64,000 nt of DNA from Heterodontus francisci (Eukaryota), in the NCBI RefSeq assembly GCF_036365525.1, contig NC_090387.1, positions 44,011,404 to 44,075,403 on the forward strand, read 5' to 3'. Both the position numbers and the translations under genes were made by a program. The notes under the pieces were generated by a model. The model did no database searches. It was given only the letters and a program-made list of their open reading frames with translations, and was not told where the DNA came from. The stretch's first letter is position 1; every line of letters starts with the position of its first letter. This document shows, in pieces, positions 25,401-37,400 of the stretch.

Positions 25401-28400
25401 ATCACTGTAACCTCCTACAACACTTTGAGATCTCTGCGGTGCTCCCATTCTGGCCTCTTGCACATCCCCAGTTTTAAGCATTCCTAGGTCCTAAGCTCTG
25501 AAATTCTCTCCCTTAACCTCTCCACCTCTCTACCTCTGTCTCCTACTTTATGCTGCTTAAAACCTACCTTTTTGACCAAGCTTTTGGTCCTCTGTCCCAA
25601 TATCCCCTTGTGGGGCTCAGTATCAAATTTTATTTGATAATGCCTCTGTGAAGCATCTTGGGACATTTTACTATGTGAAATGTGTTATATAAATATACGT
25701 TGTTCCTGTTGTTATTAAAATACTAGTGGAAATCAACTAAATGTGGTAAGGGCTTGTATGCTAATACAGCACACAATAATTTGTAGGTTATAATATTATA
25801 CACAACTATGCAAGGTCAAAGCATTTCTATTTTGTTATTTAATCATGCTCATTTTGACACAGATAAAAACAATTCTAATTTTCTTTGCATTTATTATGCA
25901 GTGGAATAACTCACCTTTGATTTCTAAAACAACTACTTTTGAAATTGTGTGCTTTAGAGAGTCATGTTGGACTTCAAAAGAATACACCAGCCTTCTTTCT
26001 GTAGCTTTTGCATTTCTGAAGGTGAGCTGAGATATTAAACTGTATGCTCCACTTCCTTTGTGATTTTTCAAAGTCATGGCAATGTCATATTCTCCTTCTG
26101 TGAAGTATATCGTTTTGTCTTGTTCCTGTTCACTCTGAAAATAATCTCCTATCCTTCTGTATTCATGTTGTTTTACAGAAGATAAGGTGCTGTCCCATTT
26201 ACTAATGAGAACTCTCTGGAATTTATCCCCCTCCTCCCTGTACCAAGAAATAGTGATAGCTTTTGGTTTGAACCAGAGAACTGCACACGCCAGAGAGAGG
26301 GGATCATCCATAAGGAAATGATTTGGTTTAATAACATCTGTCACTTTGGGAGCAACTGAAAAACAAAGAGGAACAGAATCACCCAGTTGTTCTTTTCTAA
26401 CAAAAACTGCAATTCTTGTACTGTGCTTCATTGATCACTTTTTCCACCACTTCTATTTTAATGTTCCATTCTCTTTGAATAGAAGCTAAGTGATAGCCTT
26501 CAAGTGTTCTGATTGATTAACAACTGTTGATCTGTCTTCTCACATTTTGCTACATGGGTTGAGCACTAAGGGCCAGACTTTTAAATCCCGCTGGGGGCAG
26601 GAGCGGGTGTGAGCGCGATTTAAAAATTGCGTTCTTGGAAGTCGGCAGTGGGTCCCGCCGCCTCCGGAATGTGAAGCTGCCTTTAAAGGGACACAAGGAG
26701 GGAGGGAATGACAACTCCACACGTCTCCAATTAATCACCTCTTGAGTTCATTGAGGAGCTCATTAACAGGCTTGTCAGTGGCAGTTTAAATTTTCAAAGG
26801 AAGGGAACTAGGAAAAGCCATGTCTGGAATACAGCAGGGTGTACAAGTTGTGAACGCTGCGGGAAGGCCATGAGGGCTATGGGAAGGGCTGATTAACATG
26901 ACGCCATTGCAGGAACTGAAAGACTTGCATTTGCCGGTGGTGAGTTGTAGGAATCTGGAGAAGGATGTGAGGGCGTTGGTATCACATGTGCAACTGGGGT
27001 TGGCATGGGAAGGCCTGGTGAATGCACAAAGCCCGCTGAGGGAGTTCAGATGGGAACAGGCTACCCTGACATTGGACAGAGCAGCCAGGATGAGCTTCAG
27101 CAGATGCAACCTCCTGAACAGCAGGAGGCCAGAGGAGCACAGTGGGGACTGCAAGGTGAAGCAGGGGCTTCCTGACATTGGGTCTACTGCCCAAGAATCA
27201 AATGTCTGCAAATGACAGAGCTCCAATACCGCAGGCGGCTATACCTATCCAGGCAGACGGTCTCAGCCCTTTGTGCTCTGCTTCACAATGACCTGAGGCC
27301 TCATGGCCCCCATGGCAATTGCTTACCCAGCAGTCAAAGTCACCATCTCCCTGAATTTCTGTGCAACTGGGACGTTCAGTGATCAGATAGGTGGCATCTC
27401 GCAGTTGGCAGCTCATCATGCCATCAGGAAGGTCACGGATGCCACTTTGACACAGATGGGTCTGTGCAGCGACAGATGGCATTGGGTTTCGCCTCCATTG
27501 CTGGATTCCCCCAGGTGCAGGGCATCAACTGCACCCATGCTGCCATCAAGGCACCCAGTGACGAGCCAGTGAGATCCATCAGCAGGAAGGGATTCCACTC
27601 CCTCAACGGCCAACTGGTCTGCGACCACAACAAGAGCTTCCTCCATGTGTCTGCTTGCATTCCTGGCAGCTGCTGTGGTTCCTTCATCCTCCGCCAGTCC
27701 AGGCTGCCTCAGGTCTTCACTCCATCCCCCAAAATGTGTGGATGGATCCAAGGGGACCAGGCATATCCCTTGAAGACATGGCTACTGACCCCTCCACTGG
27801 TTCCTCAAACGGAGAACCAATGCTGCCTGCTCAGCAGGCCAACCATTGAAGAGGCCATTGGATTTCTGAAGAAGCGATTCCAGTGCCTGTACTGGTCATG
27901 TGGAGCCCTCCAATACTGTCCTGCAAGGATCCCTGTCATTATCATGGTCTGCTGTGCTCTCCATAGCATGACCCTCCAAAGAGGTGTGGATCTTGAGGAC
28001 AGTGAGGTCCAGAAGGAGCCAGCTCATCAGGGGAGGAGCAGGAGGTAAGAGAGGAGGAGGAAGAGGGGAATAACACTGAATAGAGAGATGCCCCTGCTGC
28101 GCGAAGAGGTGGCCTCCTCTAGGAAAAGGACCTCCCTCATGGCCTCCAGCATTAGATCCAGGCTGGCATCGATGATATGAGGGTCTGCCCTAACCTTCGT
28201 GCCAGGCCTCCAGCTCCCCTCTGGACAACCAGCAGCCTCAGAATTGGCTGTCTTGGGGAGTCTCCATGAGCCCCACAACTGATCTGATCCACTTCTATTC
28301 CTGACCCCACTGGCTCTAAGTGTTCAGGAAACCCATCCCCATATCAATTAAGGGCTCACCCATTTTAAAAAATGAATCTGAATCATTTTCCCACTGGAGA

Positions 28401-31400
28401 TGGGCTTCTGACCCAAAACCAGACCCGGTTCCTGTTTCCCGCCTCTGTAACAAAAATTCAGCTCTAAGTGTCAGCTTAAAAAGCCACCTGGTATGTAAAT
28501 GTGGTTAAAATGGCATGCACATTTGAATATTGTGACTGATAAAAAATAATTACAATATAGAGTAGCAAAGGAAATAATGCTACCCTTAAAACTGGATCAT
28601 CATCACATGGTCAATATCCTGACTTTTGTACCTAACATCTTTGAGAGAGAATCACCACCAGACGAATTGCTGTGGTTCAAGGAGACAAGCCACCACCAGC
28701 TGTTCAGGGCAACTAGAGAGGGGCAATAAATGCAGTCTGCCCAAAGTCACCCACATCCGAAAACAAGCTTAAAAAAGACTGGTTATTTACTTGTTCTTCT
28801 ATTGCTGTAGAAAATAAATGTTCCAAAGCAAACAGCTGCAGTGGTCACAGAAGTTAGAAGCAAAGTGAGCAATGTTCCTGATCTTATTCTTGGATTGGAT
28901 CCTACAAAAAAAAAGGAAGACCAAAGATCTGTTATTGATTATTCATTGCTGTTTCTCTGTGCTGGCTATAGCAAGACTGTGCTTGCGGCAGAAAACAAAG
29001 TTTTAAATTTTGTTGCAGCACAGCATAAAGCAGCGTCACATTTGAATAACTGAAAGCGCCCTTTATTAATAAATGAGGCAGTAACTTCTAGTTCATTTAT
29101 AATGTCTGGTGAAATGTTATCTGTTGGCAAGGCAAGTGGCCTTACTATATTCCATTTTGTATTGTAATTCTTGACATTTTTAAACATATTTGTATTTCAG
29201 AGGGCTCCCATTGCTTTGCAAGTGGAATTCTTTCAACAAAAATAGAAATGTGAAACTTGTGACAGTTTAGTGTCTGCATTACCATTTAGATTGTGAGGTC
29301 AATTTAAAAAATAATTACTTATTGTTCCAATATTCCACCCAGTCCCACTCTGCGCCAAAGACATGTTGCACCTGACGCTCCAGCCCCTCGTTTAGAAAAT
29401 AATACTTTTCTTTTTCTACCCTAAGGATCAAGTGCTGGCTTGCATCAAGGTTGTTCTTTTGCTGATATTAAATGTGGGATATGGTGATAAAAATAAAAGC
29501 CAAAAGTTGATGAGTAGCATTATTACAAGGCAGTGTAATGCAAAATAACAGGTTTGGGAGCATTTAAAAAAAATTACATTTATACTTACACATGCAAAGG
29601 AAAGGCATCCTATGGTCTGTGTGCAAGATCCGTGGCACAGATTTGTAGTAAAAAGGACAAAAGGCTACAAAGAGGAATGCTAACATACTTCTTTGATAAA
29701 GCCCCTCAAATATGGACTTGGATTAACCAGTTGGGACTTGGGAAAATTAGAAGAAATGTATGGCATGACACAAGCTGCCCTATGTAGATTCTTCCATCAA
29801 GTTGAAAGCAGACGACTGTCTAATAACGAATAGAAGAAACTGAGTTTTGAGATGACTACTACTTGAAGGTGTCACGTGGGAGCTATGTTGTCATATTTTC
29901 AGGACCCAATACCTAACATGATTGGCTTTCAGAGAGGCAAACAGTTACTTCTCAAACCAGACAACCAGAAAAAATAATAAGAATAATAATAACCACACTT
30001 TAGGAAAGATGTGAAAGCATTGGAAAGAGAGCAGAAAATAGCCACAAGAATTGTTCCAGGGATGAGGAACTTCAGTTATGTAGATTGGAGAAGTTGGGAA
30101 ATTTTCCTTAGACAAGAGAAGGCTGAGGAGATTTGATAGAGGTATTCAATGTCATGAGGGGTCTGGACAGAGTAGATGGGGAGAAACTGTTCCCACTCAT
30201 GAAAGGATCGAGAACGAGAGGGCACAGATTTAAAGTAATGGGTAAGAGAAGCAAGAGCAACATGAGGAGAAACATTTTCCCGCAGCGAGTGGTTAAGGTC
30301 TGCAATGCACTGCCTGAGAGTGTGGTGGAGGCAGCTTCAATTGAGGCATTCAAAAGGGAATTAGACTGTTATCTGAAAAGGAAGAATGTGCAGAGTTATG
30401 GGGAGAAGTTGGGGGAATGGCACCAGGTGAACTGCTCAGTTCAGAGAGCTGGTGCAGACACAATGGGCCGAATGGCTTCCTTCTGTGCTGTAATAATTCT
30501 GTGATGCTGTGTGTATGATGTGTGCCCACACTGTGTTAAGGAAAATGATGGCAATATACACATATTTTATGGCCAGTTCTGATGCCAGTTCAGGGAATGA
30601 GAAGGTAATTGGATCTCTTTGGGGTCAAGGTGACTCCAAGATAATACAAGTGGTTATAGAAAGTCAGACCTAATTTAACTCTCTGTGGCAGGTGTGTAAT
30701 CTAATATCTGCCCAAACTGATCCTAAATGCATGAGGGAAATGTTGATGACTGCCCTGCCAGGCTGGCTCATGAATGGATCCTGGATGGGAGAAACTTATC
30801 ACAGGGGGCTGGGAATTTTCCCATTGGTTTGCAGAATTATCTGGAGTCGAGTGGGTTTTAACTGTAGCGCTACACCTGTGCACTCTTGGGGTCCCTAAGC
30901 CAACCTACACCTAAGCTCGTGACAGTGAGTTGGACTCCAATGGGGAGAGTGTGTGCACTCCATACTGAAATTCTACATGTAGTTTGGTTCAGAGACTCAA
31001 ACATGTTGATGGGTTTTCATATGTCTCAGACAGCTGACTGATCAAAAAATAAATTATTCAGTTGAATCTTTACTAATGATAGGAAAACTGTTTGTTCCTA
31101 ACAATAAAAAACTGTTCCCTTGTATATTTTGACCTAGTAACAGCCAAATAAACTTGTAAATTCCTCTGAATTCAGATATAACACTAATATCCAGAATGGA
31201 ATATGGTAACAATACTATTGCTTTGTTGTCTTGTACATTTCTAGTAAATTCATATGAAAGTTTGTTAGTATTTCCATCGTACTACCTCTGTGAACATTTT
31301 CTGAAAAACATTCACAATTCTCCACATTTCATAGAACAGCTGAGCAAAGAACAACATGAATCATGAAGAGAAACTGGGCCAAAATTAAAATATGGCGAAG

Positions 31401-34400
31401 CTCCTTGTAAGAAATAGACGTTTACATGTTAAGAACAGATAATGTCTGTTACTTGTGTGTGTGGCTCAATTCCTCAAATTCAAATCAAGGTTCCCGAAGT
31501 GAAAATAAGACAGAATATATGCAATATTAGAATCAAAAAAATGAAATGTTCCTCATCATTTTCTTGATACCATTCTCCTTTATTATTACTCACCCTTGAT
31601 GGTTAAAGTAACAACTTTTTGTAAAGGTGTCTTCAAAGCTTCATGACTAACTTCACATTTGTAAGAAGCTCCATCATCTGCTTGATTGCCTTTGATGATT
31701 AGGAATGAAAGCAGATTAAACGTCCCATCTTGATTTTGTTGAGGTGATCCTGTAATCGCTCTTGAAGTGATATCAACTTGGTTTTCACTGTCTCTTGAGC
31801 CACTTTTTAACCAAGAAACAGAATGGTTTTTTGGGTAAAAGTTTTTCATCTCACAGGTGATTGTTTTATCTTCCCCAGGTTCAATGACAATGTTTACAGT
31901 GTTTACTGAAACTGTAGGAGGTGCTACAAAGACACAAGGAATAAAGATAAATATTATATTCCTTATATTAGCTTTCATTATTGATGTCATCTTAAAATGC
32001 AACGTGTTCATATTAGGCATGGATAGGACCAGATGTCGGCAATTTAGCCCCTCGAGCCTGCTCTGCTACACAGTGAAATAATGGTTGATTTGCAGCTTAA
32101 TTCCATCTTTGCCCCATATCCCTTAATACACTTGGTCAACAAAAATATAGAAATCTCAGATTTAAAATTTACAATTTGTCCAGCATCAACTGCTATTTGC
32201 GGAAGTGAGTTCCAAACTTCAACCACCTTTTTTGTGTAGAAGTGTTTCCTAATTTCATTCCTGAAAGGCTCTAATTTTTAGACTGTGCCCCGTAGCCCTG
32301 GACTCGCCAATCAGTTTCTCTCCTTCTACCCTATCAACATATCCTTCTATTCCTTTCTCCCTCATGTGTTTATTTGGCTTGCTCTTAAATCCATCTACGC
32401 TAGTATCCTCAACTACTTCTTGTGGTAGAAAATACACATTCTTACCACTCACTGGGTAAAGAAATGTCTCCTGAATCCTTACTGGATTTATCAATGACTT
32501 CCTTATATTTGCAGCCCCTAGTTTCCGAAAATGGAAACAACTTCTCTACATCTGCCCTATCAAACCCTATCATAATCTTAAAGATCTCCACAGATCACCC
32601 TTCAGTCTTCTCTTTTCTAGAAAAAAAAACAGCCCCAGTCTGTTTAATCTTTCCTGATAGGTAGAACCTCTCGGTTCTGGTATAATTCTAGTAAATCTTT
32701 TTTGCGTCTTTCCCAGTGCCTCTATATGCTTTTTTTTTTATTAATATGGAGGCCAGAACAATTCTCAGAACTCGAAGTGTGGTCTAACCAAGGTTCTATG
32801 CAAGTTTAGCATAACTTCTTTTCAGTTCTATCCCTCTAGAAATAAACGCCAGTTCTTTGTTTTCTTTTTTAATTACCAGATTAACCTGCATTGCTACTTT
32901 TAATGATTGGTGTATCTGTACCCCCAAATCCCTCCGCTACTCTACCCCATTTAGACACTTAGGGCTGCATTTTACTTTGGCCGTAAGGGTGCACTTGGCG
33001 GAATCGCCGTGTTATTCAGCGTGGCGGCTCATTTAAATGGCCGGGGTGGACTCCCCACCCCGATGGCATGGAGGGGGTGGGCTGTCCCTCCCCGGCAATG
33101 GTGCCAGAAGCCTATGTATAGGCGTTGATGCCATTTTTAAAGGGCTTCGAGCCCTACATTGCAATGTACATATTTACGGGAATACTGATGTATTCCCCCC
33201 CAATAAGCATAGAAGTAATTACCTGCCCCCCACCCCCAAAACACTTACCTTGTGCTGCCAACCTTTACTCCCCAAAGTTCATCAAGTTTAAACTTTACCC
33301 CTACCCACCACCCACTAGACCAATGAAATTAATCTGACCCCGTTCTCCCGCTCACGCACTGAAAAACTTACCTGCTTCCCCCTCCCCACCAGTGTCATGC
33401 CTCAGATCCCCAGATGGGTATCCAAAGGCGTGGGAGTGTCAGCCACCGGCAGCTGTCTCGCTCCAGAACGGACGGCAGGAGTGGGTAGGTTATCAATTCA
33501 TTTATTAAAATAAATTTAAATATTTAAATTTTGCTCCAATTGCCCAGCTAACGAAGTTAAGGACTGTATAAGATTAAAAGAAAAGGCCTATAAAGTTGCC
33601 AGAAATAGTAGTCAACCTGAGGATTGGGAGGATTTTAGAATACAGCAAAGGAGGACCAAGAAACTGATAAAGGGAGAACAGAATATGAATGTAAACTAGA
33701 AATAAACATAAAAATGGACTGTAAAAGCTTCTATAGGTATGTAAAAAGAAAATGTTTGGCTAAGACAAATGTTGGTCCATTGAAAGGTGAGTCAGGAGAA
33801 TTTATAATAGGGAATAGAGAAATAATAGAGAAGCTACATGATTAATTTGTGTCTGTCTTCACTGAGGAACATACAAGAAATCTCCCAGAATTAGAGATCC
33901 AAGGGACTAAGGAGAATGAGGAATTGAAGGAAGAAGGCTGTATTGGAAAAATTAATGGCGCTGAAGGTTGATAAGTGCCCAAGACCTGATATTCTACATC
34001 CCAGAGTGTTGAAAGAGGTAGATATGTAGATAGTGGATGCATTGGTGATCATCTTCACTATTTAAGAAGGGAGGTAGAGAGGAAACAGGGAAACCTGTTA
34101 GCTTTACATCCGTAGTAGACAAAATGCTAGAATCTATTCTAAAGGATGTGATAAATCCACACTTGGATAATAATGATCTGATTGGGCACAGTCAACATGG
34201 GTTTATGAATGGCAAATCATGTTTGATGAACCTGTTGGAGTTTTTTGAGGATGTTACTAACAGAACTGATAAAGGGGACTTGGTGGACATAATATACTTG
34301 GATTTTTAGAAGGCTTTTGATAAAGTCCCCTACAGGAGGTTGGTGCGCAAAATAAAAGCACATGGGATAGGAGGTAATATACTGGCATGGATTAAGGATT

Positions 34401-37400
34401 GGTTAACAGGAAGAAAACAGAGAGTAGGAATAAATGGGTCATTCTCATGTTGGCAGGCTGTGACTGGTGGGGTACTGCAGGGATCACTGCTTAGGCTCTA
34501 GCTGTTCACAATATATATCAATGAATTGGATGTGGGAACCAAATGTAATATTTCAAAGTTTGTGGGTGACACAAAACTAAGTGGGAATGTGTGTTGTGAG
34601 GACGATGCAATGTGGTTTCAAGGGGATTTGGACAGACTTAGTGAGTGGGCAAGAACATAGCAGATGGAATATAATGTGGAAAAATGTGAGGTTATCCACT
34701 TTGGTAGGAGGAATAGATGTGTGGAGTATTTTTTAACTGGTAAGAGATTAGAAAGTGTAGATGGACAAAAGGGACCTGGGTGTCCTAGTCAATAAGTCAC
34801 TGAAAGCTAACATGCAAATGCAGCAAGCAATTAGGAAGGCTAATGGTATGTTAGCCTTTAGCGCAAGAGGATGACAGTACAGGAGTAGTGAAGTCTTGCT
34901 TCAATTGTATAGAACCTTGGTTAGACCGCATCTGGAATACTGTGTGCAGTTTTGGTCCCCTTACCTCAGGAAGGATATTATTGCCATAGAGGGAGTGCAA
35001 TGAAGGTTCACCGGGGTGGCGCGACTGTCCTATGAAGAGAGATTGGGGAAACTGGGCCTGTATTCTCTAGAGTTTCAAAGAAAGAGAGGTGATCTCATTG
35101 AAACCTACAAAATACATAAAGGGATAGACAGGGTAGATGCAGCTAAGATGTTTCCCCTGGTTGGGATACAATTTCAAAATAAAGGGGAAGCCACTTAGGA
35201 CAGAGATGAGGAGAAATTTCTTTACTCAGAGGGTTGTGAATCTTTGGAATTTTTTATTCCAGAGGGCTGTGGAAGCTCAGTCATTGAGTATGTTTAAAGC
35301 AGAGACTGACAGATTTCTAAATACCAATGACATAAAGGGATATGGGGATAGTGTGGGAAAAATGCATTGAAGTGGATGATCAGCCATGATCATATTGAAT
35401 GGCAGAGCAAGCTCGATGGGCTGAATGGCCTACTCCTGCTCCTATGTTCCTATGAAACTCATGATTTCCTTGGGTTTTAATAAAATAATCAGGTTTCATA
35501 CTAATGTTGGTTGAATTTTCTGTCTATTGTTTTGGCAAATTTAGATGTCAGACCTGCAAAATGGATCATTTTTCTATTTTAAAAATCAGTAGGGCAGTTA
35601 TAGTGTGGTCAGATGCGAAGCAATGCTCTTTAAATCACATCTCAAGACTATGCCTGAACTGTAGCCTCAGATCGGAAAACCTTTCTGTGCCATGTTGAAT
35701 GTTTACATTTGCTTTACTCGCCATCCTTATTTGAGTGAGAGTGCCCATTTTATTGCCAGATTGTGCTGTAGGCCCACTAGTATGTAGGCTGAGAGGCCAA
35801 ACTCATTTCATATAAAACAATTACAACTAGCACATAGCAGACAATTATTCATTACTCTGGACATAGATATGGGCACTAAAGATAGAGTCCACCTATGAAA
35901 ACCTCAGAGAAGTGATCCTTCTCGAGAAGTTCAAAAACTTGCTCATTAAAACCGACCTGGAGGAACAAGAGGTTCCAAGAGCCAGGCAGGCAGCAATCCT
36001 GGCTGCTGAATATATGCTTGTCCACAAGCCCTTGCTCCAAAGGAAACCCTGCCCTAGTCACCTCCAAAAACCTGAAAAGGATAGAAGGTGGGAGGATGAT
36101 AGGAGGATGAACAGCCATGGGCAAGAAGGGGAAGCTGGAAACACAGGGGGCCCTCCTCAGGCCAAAGAGGAAGGTGCTGAGAGCACGAGTGATGTCCAAA
36201 AACCTGTGTGTTTCCACTGTAATAAGGCAGGTCACCTATGAGCTGGCTGCTGGAAGTTATGGGGAAAACCTGTAAGATTAATCAGGGTACACCAGACCAG
36301 TGCAAGAAAAGAGGCCCTGATGAAAAGCACAGCAGACCAGGCTGTGGCTTTAACTGCAGCAGTAAGACCCAGTAAATATAACTCTACGAGGGAAGGAGAA
36401 CTTAACAAAATCCCTGAGAATTACCAGGGTTTAGTGTCCAGAGGAAAAGATGCAATGAGAATTTTTTTTTTTTATGATGCAGCATAAATGAGATGTGTGG
36501 AGTTCAGTTGATTGAAGATCTCAAAACAGGTTTATTAAACAGCTAACTATTACATGCAGCACAGAGCTAACCATTTACAGGACTTGCCTCTTGGTGTTAC
36601 AGTAGCAGAATGAGACTGGCATGTTGTCACATGACTGCATCCTGGTACTCAGCTCATTAGCATACTAAGATCTTAAAGGGATATCACTCTTAAAGGCAAT
36701 CACACAATAAAAATGACCCTATACCCCTTGAATGAGGCAAGTAAGCCCAAAGTCATACTTAGGGATACAGGAGCCACCCAATCCCTTCTGCTGGTAAAAG
36801 GCATGACCTTTCCCCAGAGGGTGGTTTATTATTTTACTTAGATCAGTTTTAGGTACAATCAAGCTCACCTTTTACTTTGTTAAAATCAAGAAAACCTGTC
36901 CGATTGGTTCTTTTATGAACAGTTCTGGAAGAATTACACTTCAGGAATTATTCCTAAACTCACCTGTCACTGACAGAGTAACTCTCCCCGTTGCTTTATC
37001 GGAAAATATTGTAACTGTGCAGGAGTATGACCCGATGTCATAGATTGTAACATTTTTTAGGAGTAAAGAAGCATTTGCTTTGCTTATTTCATTTAAAGAG
37101 AGACTTGATCCTGGTCTGTAGCTTTCATATTCTCCAAAGTCGAACAAACAAACTGTTTTTTCATCATTTCCCACTCTGTGGTTCCATTCAATCACAATGT
37201 ATCGCAAATCAAGCGCAACTGTGGGGGAAAATGCACAGCTGAGCAGTACATCTTTACCGATTGTGGCATTGACAGCTGGGCTGACCACCAGCTCCAGGGA
37301 AGCTGCATTAAAAAAAAGATACACATATAAAAAGGCTCTAAACATGGTTAATAAATCATTAATTGAATTGTTTTTTATTTAGTAAAACTCCACCGGGAAA

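Noticed and set aside
27464-28048. HARBI1-like 194-aa ORF as a domesticated host gene
   Set aside because: It is frameshifted, truncated, has degenerate catalytic motifs and lies within transposon termini.
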